Translations under genes and position numbers: made by a program
In this document: positions 1 through 9,467 of the stretch, in pieces
Position numbering within the stretch: the stretch's first letter is position 1
How the letters are laid out: each line of letters opens with the position of its first letter
The notes under the pieces: generated by a model
Database searches by the model: none
Told to the model about the DNA's origin: nothing
The model's input: only the letters and a program-made list of their open reading frames with translations
IMG/VR virus record: IMGVR_UViG_3300032314_000513
Span: 20,380 to 84,379 of that record
Reading direction: 5' to 3' (one strand)
DNA: 64,000 bases
DNA from: a virus
Lineage: Duplodnaviria; Caudoviricetes

Positions 1-2
1 AA

Positions 3-215
3 AGCAATGCTGAAATGGTTTTAAGTCAAATTAAGGCAGTAAAACATCATGCTATGGAATTATCTAATGTTGTATCTAAAAATAGTGATATTGAAGCATG
101 GGTAGTAGCTAAAATAGAAAGAGCTAGTACAGACCTAAGCGATATTACTCATTATTTAGAATATCAAACTAAGAAAATGGCTATGGGCGGAGAAATTCAC
201 AGAACACAAGAATAA
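3..215 (+). CDS. 3' part of a phage protein running in from the left edge, ending in MAMGG
   Basis: Frame is open from position 3 (SNAEMVL...); EAWVVAKIERASTDLSDITHYL helix. Confidence 0.75.
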   Translation, partial: SNAEMVLSQIKAVKHHAMELSNVVSKNSDIEAWVVAKIERASTDLSDITHYLEYQTKKMAMGGEIHRTQE

Positions 216-224
216 AATAAAATT

Positions 225-1670
225 ATGAAGCTATTCACTAAAGAAGTAGATAAGCAATTATTTGCACAATATCCAAAAGGAAGCGACCTAGATAATCAAA
301 TGGTTGTAGCCAAAATCTTTAACCCCTATGGAAAAGGAGTATACTACCTATTGAACTCAGACCCTGAAGACCCTGATTATATTTGGGCCATAGTAGACTT
401 ATTTGAAGTTGAAATGGGTAGTGTAAGTCGTTCTGAGCTTCAAACAGTAAAATTGCCGCCATTTGGCTTAGGATTTGAAAGAGACATATATTTTACACCT
501 AAACCTGCAAAAGAAGTATGGGAAGGTGTAATTAGAGGCGAAAGATTTGCTCATGGTGGAATGACTGCAGGTCGTTATTATAAAGATAATAGTGGGAATG
601 AGTTTAGATTTATTGGAGAAAGCGAAGGGAAACTACTATTTAAAGATGGAGAAAAGATAATTACGAAATCTCATGAAGATTTTGAGGATGCACCAAAAGA
701 GAAAAAGCTATTTGGCATTTTTGATGATGGTGGCGAAACTGCTGCTGCAGAGCATAACATCAAACAGGCTAAATATGGTGCTAAGTTAGTAGGGAAACAA
801 AAGAACTTAGATGTCAATAAAAATGGCAAATTAGATGCTGAAGACTTTAAGATGTTAAGAGGGGAAAAAATGGGTATGGGTGGAAAAGTTAAAAAAGACT
901 TTAGAGTTGGAGATGAAGTAATTTATGCTCCTAATGGTAAATGGTTTGTACGAAATAATCCAAATTTTAAAAATGGAGTTATTACAAACAAAGAAATAAT
1001 TGGGGATTTAAAAATTATTAACTACACAATAAAAATAAACAATGGTAGTGAAATAATGACTTCTAACACAAAAGAAATAGAACTAAATCCTGATTCAATG
1101 GCTATGGGTGGAAAGGTTAAATTCGAGGACAAGGTAAAAGCTGTTAAAGAAAGCCTTTTAAAGCGTAAAAAGGTTTCTCCTAAAGTTCAAAAGGACTATG
1201 GGAAGACTTATAGCCCAAAAGAAGCTGAAGAATCAGCAAAAAGGATAATAGGAGCTCAAACTGCAAAGTATGAGTTAAAAAAAAAATTCAAAGAAGGCGG
1301 TAAAACAATAGCACAAACCCCTGCACCAAAAAAAGATAGAGTATTTGGCTCTTCTAAAAATAAAGCAGGAAGTGCTAGTTCAAAAAAAACTGCCTCAAAC
1401 ATTGAATTAAATAAAAGTATTGTAAAAACATTAGGAGAAAAAGCAAAAAAATATAACGAAAACCACTCAAGCAAAGTAAGTACAAGTACATTAAAAGCAG
1501 TAATGCGTAGAGGTATGGGTGCTTATTCTACATCTCATAGGCCCACTATAACAGGTGGAGCACCTAACTCAAGACAAGCTTGGGGATTTGCAAGAGTTAA
1601 TAAATTTTTGTTAAAAAAAGGAGGAACAAAAGTAAAAGCCGCTTATGTTCAAGATGATGACCTACTATAA
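225..1670 (+). CDS. Modular polyprotein: DUF2958-like N-domain, EF-hand-like loop, SH3/KOW-like module, basic modules, DUF5824-like C-domain
   Basis: KIFNPYGKGVYY...EMGSVSRSEL...FERD; LDVNKNGKLDAEDF; STLKAVMRRGMGAY...HRP...QAWGFARVNKF; modules separated by xxxGG. Confidence 0.7.
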   Translation: MKLFTKEVDKQLFAQYPKGSDLDNQMVVAKIFNPYGKGVYYLLNSDPEDPDYIWAIVDLFEVEMGSVSRSELQTVKLPPFGLGFERDIYFTPKPAKEVWEGVIRGERFAHGGMTAGRYYKDNSGNEFRFIGESEGKLLFKDGEKIITKSHEDFEDAPKEKKLFGIFDDGGETAAAEHNIKQAKYGAKLVGKQKNLDVNKNGKLDAEDFKMLRGEKMGMGGKVKKDFRVGDEVIYAPNGKWFVRNNPNFKNGVITNKEIIGDLKIINYTIKINNGSEIMTSNTKEIELNPDSMAMGGKVKFEDKVKAVKESLLKRKKVSPKVQKDYGKTYSPKEAEESAKRIIGAQTAKYELKKKFKEGGKTIAQTPAPKKDRVFGSSKNKAGSASSKKTASNIELNKSIVKTLGEKAKKYNENHSSKVSTSTLKAVMRRGMGAYSTSHRPTITGGAPNSRQAWGFARVNKFLLKKGGTKVKAAYVQDDDLL

Positions 1671-1680
1671 AAGAATATAA

Positions 1681-2220
1681 ATGAATATAGACCAACAAAT
1701 ATATAATACAGCCATTCAGCAAGGATTTAATCCTGTTGCTGCTAAATTGATAGCAGCTCAGGCTAGATTTGAAAGTGCTGACTATAATTCTAATGTTTTT
1801 AAAAATAATAATAATACTAGTGGCATAAAATTTGTAGGGCAACCTAATGCAGTTCAAGGAACACTTTCTCCTGAAGGAAATTACTATGCTAAATTCAATA
1901 CAATTCAAGATTCAATCAATGATAAAATAGTTAGGATTTATAATATCACAATGGGTGGTATATCTCCTGACCAATTGAAAAGCTCAAATAGTGCAGATGA
2001 TTTTGCAACTAAACTAAAGAAAAGAAATTATTTTGGTAATTATAGCTATGCTACTCCACAAGGTCAAAAAGAAGCATCAGCTTACGCTTCAGGTTTAAAG
2101 TCTAAATTGTTGAAAATCAATGTAATAGAATTTATACAAAGAAACAAAGTAGCTTTAGGTTTAGGCTTATTATTGTTAGGTGGTGGTTTATGGTACTATT
2201 TAAAAATTAAAAAGAAATAA
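1681..2220 (+). CDS. GH73-like peptidoglycan hydrolase with C-terminal membrane anchor
   Basis: AQARFES...NNNTSGIKF; ends LGLGLLLLGGGLWYYLKIKKK. Confidence 0.75.
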   Translation: MNIDQQIYNTAIQQGFNPVAAKLIAAQARFESADYNSNVFKNNNNTSGIKFVGQPNAVQGTLSPEGNYYAKFNTIQDSINDKIVRIYNITMGGISPDQLKSSNSADDFATKLKKRNYFGNYSYATPQGQKEASAYASGLKSKLLKINVIEFIQRNKVALGLGLLLLGGGLWYYLKIKKK

Positions 2221-2222
2221 CT

Positions 2223-2708
2223 ATGTACGGAATTGCTACATACAACGCAACAAAACAATTTATCAAAGAGTATGGTGTTGGAATTGCCAATGCTATTAAA
2301 GGTACAGGTATATTCTTTCCTGTTGCTATTGGCCAAAAAGCTTTTGAAAGTGGTTATGGTAAAAGAATACCTGCAGGTTCAAATAACTTTGGAGGTATAA
2401 AGTATAATCCTAATTTAACAGGTGTTGTTGGATATGTTTTAGCAGATACAACAGAAGTTGTAAAAGGTAAAAAAGTTAATATTAAACAAAAGTTTTCAAA
2501 ATTCAAAGATGTTGAATCAGGAATCAAAGGTTATGTAGAGGTTTTAAAAAACCCTTTATATGCTAAAGCGTTACAAGCTAAAACTCCTGAAGAGCAAATT
2601 AAGTTAATTGGTAAAGCAGGTTATAGTACAGCTCCAACCTATTCTACAATGTTAATGCCTCTTATTGAAGCAGCAAGAGATATTTCTAAATTAGGTAAAA
2701 TTGTTTAA
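2223..2708 (+). CDS. GH73/FlgJ-like glucosaminidase or muramidase
   Basis: GQKAFESGYG...NNFGGIK...AGYSTAPTY. Confidence 0.8.
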   Translation: MYGIATYNATKQFIKEYGVGIANAIKGTGIFFPVAIGQKAFESGYGKRIPAGSNNFGGIKYNPNLTGVVGYVLADTTEVVKGKKVNIKQKFSKFKDVESGIKGYVEVLKNPLYAKALQAKTPEEQIKLIGKAGYSTAPTYSTMLMPLIEAARDISKLGKIV

Positions 2709-2717
2709 ATTTACATT

Positions 2718-2864
2718 ATGAATAAAAAGACTTTAATTTATTTAGGTGTAGGGGTAATTTTAGCTTGGGGCGGTTGGCTTATTTATAGAAACAACCGAAA
2801 TACAAAAATTGATGCTACTCCTGTACCACTTGACGAAGCTATTAAAAAGATAGAAGAATTATAA
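2718..2864 (+). CDS. 48-aa single-pass membrane protein (not in ORF track)
   Basis: Hand-translated MNKKTLIYLGVGVILAWGGWLIYRNN...; fills the gap after TAAATTTACA. Confidence 0.75.
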   Translation: MNKKTLIYLGVGVILAWGGWLIYRNNRNTKIDATPVPLDEAIKKIEEL

Positions 2865-2887
2865 AATCACAATAAAACCATAAACAA

Positions 2888-3427
2888 ATGAGAAAATTTG
2901 AAAAAAAAATCAATGAGTTGAACCTTGTAAAGGGAAAACTGTCAAAAGCACTTAATTCAAATATTAAGGACTTTGAAATGCTTGAACAATCTTTAGTTGG
3001 CTTACATGCTGAATTAAGAGAAGCCGAGGCTAAAGAAAACAATGAAGATGAAGTTGAAAAACTTACACAGGAGTCAGAAGAACTAGAAGAGCAATTAGAG
3101 AACTTTGATGGTATTTTAACTGAAAAAGTTCAAGTATATGCTGACAACTATGACTCTTATCAAGAAAGAATTAGAAAAATGGATGAAGGAAGAAAGGCTA
3201 AAGCTGCAGCTAAATCACAACAAACTGCTCCTGTAGAACCTGCTCCTGCTCCACAAGTTGAACCAATTGTAGAACCTGCTCAACAACAAGCTGCACCCCC
3301 ACCTCCGCCTCCACCTGCTCCAAAAGAAGAAGAGAAAGAGAAAAAAGGAACTAATTGGCTTTTATGGGGTGTTTTAGGTGTTGCAGGTATATTCGTAGGA
3401 ATAAACTTGTTTAAAAATAAAAGATAA
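2888..3427 (+). CDS. Acidic coiled-coil, Pro-rich linker, C-terminal membrane anchor
   Basis: Glu-rich helix, APPPPPPPAP, WLLWGVLGVAGIFVGINLFKNKR. Confidence 0.8.
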   Translation: MRKFEKKINELNLVKGKLSKALNSNIKDFEMLEQSLVGLHAELREAEAKENNEDEVEKLTQESEELEEQLENFDGILTEKVQVYADNYDSYQERIRKMDEGRKAKAAAKSQQTAPVEPAPAPQVEPIVEPAQQQAAPPPPPPPAPKEEEKEKKGTNWLLWGVLGVAGIFVGINLFKNKR

Positions 3428-3708
3428 TGGCATATCGTATTTTGAACTATACTTTGGAACAAGCTTCTAAGCTTGGGGTTACAGTAAAACCATCCTCTGT
3501 AAAGGGAAAAAAGATTGATGTGTTTAATAAAAAAGGCGAGAAGTTGGCTAGTGTCGGTGCAATAGGGTATGGGGACTATCCAACTTTTAAAGCTTTATAT
3601 GGCAAAGAATATGCTGATAAAAGGCGTAAACTTTACAAAATGAGGCATGAATCTGACAGACATGAAAGAGGGACTGCAGGTTTCTATGCTGATAAATTAC
3701 TTTGGTAA
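3427..3708 (+). CDS. DUF5754-like small basic viral protein
   Basis: GAIGYGDY...DKRRKLYKMRH...AGFYADKLLW pattern, recalled rather than searched. Confidence 0.6.
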   Translation: MAYRILNYTLEQASKLGVTVKPSSVKGKKIDVFNKKGEKLASVGAIGYGDYPTFKALYGKEYADKRRKLYKMRHESDRHERGTAGFYADKLLW

Positions 3709-3715
3709 AAAAATC

Positions 3716-3889
3716 ATGATAAAGCCTAAAATAAGAATATTGTACTTTATTGTATATTTTGCAATTATTTGGGTAATAAGTGCTTTAAGTTTTCAAAGTT
3801 ATATGCTTTATTTATATTTTTCAGACCAAAATCAAAAAATAAAATTCATTATAAATAAGATAGAAAGTGTAATTGATAAAATAAGATAA
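3716..3889 (+). CDS. Small membrane protein (start moved to Met24 of the tracked ORF)
   Basis: One hydrophobic segment; ATG 3716 follows the stop at 3708. Confidence 0.6.
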   Translation: MIKPKIRILYFIVYFAIIWVISALSFQSYMLYLYFSDQNQKIKFIINKIESVIDKIR

Positions 3890-3890
3890 T

Positions 3891-4199
3891 ATGTTTAGTT
3901 ATCCTAATTTATGGGTTATGATTACAGGTATTTTGTTGGGATTAACCATCATTATATCTTCTGTGTTCTTTGTAAATAAAATGTTTGTAAACGATACAAA
4001 AGATGTACTTGTAAGGTTTATTATACTTGTATTTACAGCTTTAGTAGCTCTCTTTATAGTAGATAAGGTAATTGCTTTTAGAATTAAGTTATTGGATGAT
4101 TCTGCAAGTAAAGAGCTCTTTGACCTTATAAAAACGCTGATATTGATGATTTTCAGCTATTATTTCGGTACAAAGAACAATTCAAAAGAAAACCATTAA
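3891..4199 (+). CDS. Three-TM membrane protein, lysis-associated candidate
   Basis: Three hydrophobic segments upstream of the endolysin. Confidence 0.6.
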   Translation: MFSYPNLWVMITGILLGLTIIISSVFFVNKMFVNDTKDVLVRFIILVFTALVALFIVDKVIAFRIKLLDDSASKELFDLIKTLILMIFSYYFGTKNNSKENH

Positions 4200-4244
4200 A
4201 TATTAAATAGTATTACTTAATTTTAATTAATAAATAAATAGTAT

Positions 4245-4505
4245 ATGAAACAATTTTTAATGAGAATGTTCTCTGACAAAAGCGATGTTAACTCAAAAGC
4301 TGTAGTAGGATTTATGTCCTTTATATCTATGTTAATTTATGGAATGACAGATGTGGTTACAGGAGCAATTGGAAAAGAGTTTTTAGTCGAACCAATAGTA
4401 TTTAATGGTCTTATGTACACTACATTTGGATGTTTAGGTATTGCAGGAGCTGAAGCAATATTTGGTAATAAGAATCTTGCAAAAGATGAACCAAAGTCTG
4501 AATAA
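4245..4505 (+). CDS. Holin-like two-TM protein
   Basis: Two TM segments, directly upstream of the GH19 gene. Confidence 0.55.
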   Translation: MKQFLMRMFSDKSDVNSKAVVGFMSFISMLIYGMTDVVTGAIGKEFLVEPIVFNGLMYTTFGCLGIAGAEAIFGNKNLAKDEPKSE

Positions 4506-4510
4506 ATTTT

Positions 4511-5107
4511 ATGATAGAAAAATTAAATGGTAAGTTACCACAGGCTGTTTTAAACGAGCTTCCATTAGTAATGGAAAAGTTTGGTATTAGCAATTCTAAT
4601 AGATTAGCTCACTTTTTGTCTCAAGTAGCTCATGAAAGTGGCAATTTCAAATTAGTTAACGAAAACTTAAACTATAGTTCTAAAGGTTTAATGTCTATAT
4701 TTAAGAAATATTTCCCAACTGAAGCTTTAGCTACAGCTTTTGAAAGAAAGCCTGAAAAAATAGCCAATAAAGTCTACGCAAGTCGTATGGGTAATGGCGA
4801 TGAGGCTTCAGGAGAAGGTTATAAATTCAGGGGGCGTGGTTATATCCAATTGACAGGTAAAGACAATTATAAAGCCTTTTCTGATTTTATTGGGGAAGAT
4901 TGTGTGGCAAACCCTGATTTGGTAGCTACAAAATATCCTTTAACTTCCGCAGCTTTTTTTTTCCATAAGAATAAATTATGGGATATTTGCGATAAGGGAC
5001 ATTCTCATGAAATAGTTACTGCGGTAACAAAGCGTGTAAATGGTGGGATTATAGGATTGGATGATAGAATTAAACATTTTGATGAATATAATAACTTATT
5101 AGCATAA
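4511..5107 (+). CDS. GH19 endolysin
   Basis: AHFLSQVAHESG, FRGRGYIQLTGKDNY, VTKRVNGG. Confidence 0.92.
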   Translation: MIEKLNGKLPQAVLNELPLVMEKFGISNSNRLAHFLSQVAHESGNFKLVNENLNYSSKGLMSIFKKYFPTEALATAFERKPEKIANKVYASRMGNGDEASGEGYKFRGRGYIQLTGKDNYKAFSDFIGEDCVANPDLVATKYPLTSAAFFFHKNKLWDICDKGHSHEIVTAVTKRVNGGIIGLDDRIKHFDEYNNLLA

Positions 5108-5108
5108 T

Positions 5109-5561
5109 ATGGAAATGACACCAATAAAATCGACATTTAGCAAAACTAGTGCTGTATTTTTAAAAATAGCAGCAATATCAACGGCAACTCTTGCTTTTGT
5201 TGGTTTATATACTTTTTATAGAAATAATTTGTGGCATCCAAAAGTGATAATTAATAGCATTGATTATGTAAATGGTGTTGCAAACCTTACAATTAATGGT
5301 AAAGAGGTTATTTTGAGAGGAGATTCCACATTTTTAATAGATTATGATTGGGGTATTAAATTTGGATATACTTATCTACCTGATGGTAAAAGAGTTTATG
5401 ATAGAATTGAAGTAACTAAAAGAGGAATGGTTCATGAGGTAGTTAAACAAGCAGATAGTCCATCCACATTAGCTTTTACAGGTTTTAGTGAAGAAAACTA
5501 TTGGAATGATGCTTTTAACCAATTTCCTTCTTATACTCCCACAGATAGCGTAAAAAGATAG
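5109..5561 (+). CDS. N-anchored membrane protein with beta-rich domain
   Basis: TM at about residues 14-35; AFTG near C-terminus. Confidence 0.7.
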   Translation: MEMTPIKSTFSKTSAVFLKIAAISTATLAFVGLYTFYRNNLWHPKVIINSIDYVNGVANLTINGKEVILRGDSTFLIDYDWGIKFGYTYLPDGKRVYDRIEVTKRGMVHEVVKQADSPSTLAFTGFSEENYWNDAFNQFPSYTPTDSVKR

Positions 5562-5598
5562 TATATAAATTAGTAATTTGATAATAATAAAATAATAT

Positions 5599-5608
5599 TA
5601 TATTTACA
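5599..5608 (+). promoter_or_regulatory. Putative -7 promoter box TATATTTACA
   Basis: Intergenic; identical copies at 11043, 35248 and 45938. Confidence 0.6.
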
Positions 5609-5706
5609 TAAATAATAAAAATTTAATATTATTTTTATAATGTGTATTAAGATGGTGATTAAGCAAGTGTAGATTTTTTTAAAAAAAAACCAAAAAAATA
5701 CAATAA

Positions 5707-6714
5707 ATGCCACCAATTAGTCTCAGAAGCAAATTAGCTAGAGAATATCGTACTAAACATCCTGATTATCCTACTAAAAAATTAGCTAGGATAATGTATT
5801 CAGAAAACAATCTTACTTTTCTTAATGAAGAAGCTGCAAGGTCTACATTAAGATACATTGAAGGTAAAAATGGTAATTACCTAAGGACAAGAAAAATAGT
5901 ACAAAATGGCGAGTTTTTAAAAGAAGAACCTAGGCCATACAATCCATATAATCTTCCAAAATCAGATGAAACCGCTTTTGAACCTTTTGTTTTTAAAGGG
6001 CATAAAAGAATTTTGATACTTTCTGATATTCATGTACCATACCACAGCATAGATGCGGTAACTGCAGCTATACAATATGCTAAGAAATCAAAACCTGATG
6101 CGTTACTTTTAAATGGAGATACTATTGATTGTCATAGACTTAGTAGATTTGTAAAAGACCCAAAAAAAAGAAATTTTAAGTTAGAACTAGATACATTTAA
6201 AGCATTATTTGAAATATTTGAAAAAGAATTAAACTGCAAAATATATTTCAAAATTGGGAATCATGAAGAAAGATATGAGCATTTCCTATACGAAAAAGCA
6301 GGTGAATTAGTAGGCGTAGAAGAATTTGAGTTTGAAAATATTATCAAAGCAAGAGCTAAGGGTATTGAAATTATAGGAGATAAAAGGCCCATGAGATTAA
6401 ATAATCTTTGGGGAATACATGGCCATGAGTATATAGGAGGTATTTCTGCACCTGTAAATCCTGCTAGAGGATTATTTCTTAAAGCAAAAGTTAGTACATT
6501 CCAAGGTCATAACCATCAGACTTCAGAACATACTGAACCAACACTTACAGGTAAAATGGTAACTACTTGGTCTTTAGGATGTTTAAGCGAATTACATCCT
6601 GCATATATGCCATTAAATAAGTGGAATCATGGCTTTGCCGAGATTGACTTAGATTCTAATGGAGAAGATTTTGAATTTAGAAATAAAAGAATATATAAAG
6701 GAAAAATAGTATAA
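5707..6714 (+). CDS. Calcineurin-like metallophosphoesterase with N-terminal helical extension
   Basis: SDIH, GDTID, GNHE, HGH, GHNH motifs. Confidence 0.9.
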   Translation: MPPISLRSKLAREYRTKHPDYPTKKLARIMYSENNLTFLNEEAARSTLRYIEGKNGNYLRTRKIVQNGEFLKEEPRPYNPYNLPKSDETAFEPFVFKGHKRILILSDIHVPYHSIDAVTAAIQYAKKSKPDALLLNGDTIDCHRLSRFVKDPKKRNFKLELDTFKALFEIFEKELNCKIYFKIGNHEERYEHFLYEKAGELVGVEEFEFENIIKARAKGIEIIGDKRPMRLNNLWGIHGHEYIGGISAPVNPARGLFLKAKVSTFQGHNHQTSEHTEPTLTGKMVTTWSLGCLSELHPAYMPLNKWNHGFAEIDLDSNGEDFEFRNKRIYKGKIV

Positions 6715-6715
6715 T

Positions 6716-7141
6716 ATGAAAACTTTAAAGGTATTTAATAGGGGTAAAATCCTAAATCCTAGTTTTTATATAGAATTGAAAGAATTAGACTATAGAATTT
6801 TCAAAGATTGTGGAGATGAATTTCAAAAAAATAGAGATTGGTGGGTTATTACTTCAGGAAATAAGATAATAGCTTATTGTGGCTGTTTATTTACTGAAAA
6901 TATATGTATATTTGTAAGAGCTTGGGTACAAAAAGAGTATCGTGGACAGGGATTGCAGAAAAAAATGATAAAATTAAGGCTAAAATCAGCTTTTGATTGT
7001 AGAATAGCGATAACTTACACTACTGTTGATAATTACCCAAGTGCTAATAGTTTAATATCTCAAGGATTTAAACTTTTTTCTCCTGAATATGCTTATGCAG
7101 GGAGACAAATGCTTTATTTTCAAAAAGAATTAAAAAATTAA
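6716..7141 (+). CDS. GNAT acetyltransferase
   Basis: VQKEYRGQGLQKKM acetyl-CoA motif A; NYPSANSLISQGF. Confidence 0.85.
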   Translation: MKTLKVFNRGKILNPSFYIELKELDYRIFKDCGDEFQKNRDWWVITSGNKIIAYCGCLFTENICIFVRAWVQKEYRGQGLQKKMIKLRLKSAFDCRIAITYTTVDNYPSANSLISQGFKLFSPEYAYAGRQMLYFQKELKN

Positions 7142-7197
7142 TCAAAAAGTATTAATTTTAAATAATTATTTATAATTTTAAACTAAAATTCAAATTT

Positions 7198-7308
7198 ATG
7201 AACAGTAAAGATTTAGTACCTGCTTTAGTAGGTTTTGGAATTAGCTTAGTTGGTGTTTACATCATCGTAAGAGTTGCTTCAGGAGCTTGGGCTTCAGGAC
7301 AAAAATAA
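7198..7308 (+). CDS. 36-aa hydrophobic protein (not in ORF track)
   Basis: MNSKDLVPALVGFGISLVGVYIIVRVASGAWASGQK. Confidence 0.65.
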   Translation: MNSKDLVPALVGFGISLVGVYIIVRVASGAWASGQK

Positions 7309-7318
7309 AAATAAAATA

Positions 7319-7438
7319 ATGGCGAAAGCAACAAAAAAAGTAGGCGTAGCAGATATTGCTAAACTTGCAAAGAAAATTAGGAAACCTAATGAAAAGTGGA
7401 CTGATGCAATAAAAAGAGCAGCGGCCCAATTAAAGTAA
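7319..7438 (+). CDS. 39-aa basic, possibly DNA-binding core protein (not in ORF track)
   Basis: MAKATKKVGVADIAKLAKKIRKPNEKWTDAIKRAAAQLK. Confidence 0.65.
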   Translation: MAKATKKVGVADIAKLAKKIRKPNEKWTDAIKRAAAQLK

Positions 7439-7444
7439 TTTAAC

Positions 7445-9052
7445 ATGGCAAAGAAGAATGTAGTCATCTTTGATGGGGAAGATAAATTTATCAACCCCAA
7501 AAAAGCCGTTTATAGCAAGTCAAAAGGACAATCAAAAAAAGCAGAGTCTTTTAAATCTGCTGTATCTGATGAAGATAGAAAAGGTCTTGTTGATGGAGGA
7601 GGTTCAGCAACTCAAGAGGCTGTTAGTGAAAACTTAACCGAACCGTCTGCTAATGATTCTCGTGTAGAAAGAACTGCAGTAAACAATATTCCTAGTATTA
7701 CGGCACCTCCTATTGACATTCCTTCTCCTAGTACAATTGCTGCAGATATAAGGGCAACTGTGTTACCTAATATACAAACTAGTACTGTTACAAAAGAAAC
7801 AGTAATGGCTCCTACTCCTCCATTACCTTCATACGCTGCATCTTCTCCTGTTTCAGGTTTAGGTTTAAGTTTTGGTCAAAATGCCACAGCTAAAAGTTGT
7901 CCTGCAGGTTTTAGAGATTATTTCGGTACATGTGTTCCTATAACAAACACTCAAGGTGCTTGTCAACAAGGTTACATGAAAGAGTACGAAGGTGGTCCTT
8001 GCGTTCCAATTCCTGCTTCTACTTCAATTGGTGGATGTGCTGCAGGTTATGAATATAAAATGGGTATGAGGTCAGGTAGTTTAACTCCTGAAATGGGTTG
8101 TTATCCTATTGGTTCTACTCAAGATATTAATACAGGAAGTAGCACAGGTGCAATTTTAGGTGGTGGTGCAGGAACAAATATTGGTGGTGGTGGAACGGTT
8201 CAAGGCGGTGGTGGTTCTTATGCTGATACTAGCGTTACTCAAGCAGCACAACCAAGTGCAGGTCTTACTTGTAATGATAATCAAATATTCGACCCTAAGA
8301 CAGGAAGCTGTATACCAAAATATACAACTGCTCCTGTACCATGTCCTGCAGGTTTTACTTTAAATAAAGCTACAGGTACTTGTATAGAAAGTCTTAATCC
8401 TCAAGATTACAAATGCCCTCCTGTTGATTTACCAACTCCTCCTAAATGTAAAAAATATGCAGTAGTTGGAAAAGATACATTTGGATGCGATAGATTTGAG
8501 TTAGTAGACGATGCAGCTAATTGTCCTGATGTAATTCAAGAGAAACCTATTGAATGTAAAGATGGTTTAATATATAGTGAAGCATTAAAAAAATGCGTAA
8601 ATCCAATTGATGAGACTAAGAGACCTCCATTGACAACTCCTGAAGGAACTTGTCCTGTTGGTTATGATTGGAGTGTTGCTGAACAAAAATGTATTGCAAA
8701 ATGTGAGGCAGGTAAAACTTATGACCCTGTCAACATGATGTGTGTAGACACAACACCTAGCACTCCAAAAACTCCTTATTGCTCTGCAAATCAAGTTTGG
8801 GATGAAAAACTACAAAAATGTGTATTCTCAGGAACAATTACTAAACCTCCTGTTACTGCAAAACCTATTGATACTCTTGGTATTTTACCTATTGCACCTA
8901 TTGATGGTGGTGGTTCTACAGGTGGAGGTGGAGGTGGTGGTGGAGAAGAATCCGTTGCAGCCGCTGTAGCTAAAAAGAACTATTTTTGGTGGTATGTAGG
9001 TGGTGCCGTATTAACATACTATTTATATAAAAAATATTACAAGAAAAAATAA
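7445..9052 (+). CDS. Cys-rich repeat protein with C-terminal membrane anchor
   Basis: Nine two-Cys modules such as CPAGFTLNKATGTC; ends FWWYVGGAVLTYYLYKKYYKKK. Confidence 0.85.
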   Translation: MAKKNVVIFDGEDKFINPKKAVYSKSKGQSKKAESFKSAVSDEDRKGLVDGGGSATQEAVSENLTEPSANDSRVERTAVNNIPSITAPPIDIPSPSTIAADIRATVLPNIQTSTVTKETVMAPTPPLPSYAASSPVSGLGLSFGQNATAKSCPAGFRDYFGTCVPITNTQGACQQGYMKEYEGGPCVPIPASTSIGGCAAGYEYKMGMRSGSLTPEMGCYPIGSTQDINTGSSTGAILGGGAGTNIGGGGTVQGGGGSYADTSVTQAAQPSAGLTCNDNQIFDPKTGSCIPKYTTAPVPCPAGFTLNKATGTCIESLNPQDYKCPPVDLPTPPKCKKYAVVGKDTFGCDRFELVDDAANCPDVIQEKPIECKDGLIYSEALKKCVNPIDETKRPPLTTPEGTCPVGYDWSVAEQKCIAKCEAGKTYDPVNMMCVDTTPSTPKTPYCSANQVWDEKLQKCVFSGTITKPPVTAKPIDTLGILPIAPIDGGGSTGGGGGGGGEESVAAAVAKKNYFWWYVGGAVLTYYLYKKYYKKK

Positions 9053-9059
9053 TTAAATA

Positions 9060-9455
9060 ATGGAAGCAAATGTAACTCCCCAAACAGCTCCTGCACCAAT
9101 GGTTCCGCCTCCTGCCGCAGCTCCTGCTGCAGCTCCTATGGCTGCTCCTCCGATGGCTCCTCCACCTTATGAAGATGGTGGTGCTATTGTTAAAAAAGGT
9201 GGCGGAATAAAAGAATGGTTTAGCGATATTAATATTGTTGATGTGGCTGTAAGTGCTGTTATTGTCGGTGCTGTATTATATACTGTTCATTATTATAAAT
9301 TTATGATGATGTTAGAAAAATCAGGTTACGCTGATTTGAATACTAAAGTAGCTAAATTACAAAGTGCCGTAGATGCTCAAAAAGCTGAAATGAACGCTGC
9401 AGGTAATGGTAAGCTAGATAGACAACGCAGAAAACCTGTAATGAGATTAGCATAA
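9060..9455 (+). CDS. Pro/Ala-rich membrane protein
   Basis: PPPAAAP N-terminus, YEDGG, central TM, coiled coil. Confidence 0.75.
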   Translation: MEANVTPQTAPAPMVPPPAAAPAAAPMAAPPMAPPPYEDGGAIVKKGGGIKEWFSDINIVDVAVSAVIVGAVLYTVHYYKFMMMLEKSGYADLNTKVAKLQSAVDAQKAEMNAAGNGKLDRQRRKPVMRLA

Positions 9456-9467
9456 AATATATCCTTT

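Noticed and set aside
805-860. Calcium-signalling EF-hand protein
   Set aside because: A single DVNKNGKLD loop without a paired hand; treated as one module of the polyprotein.
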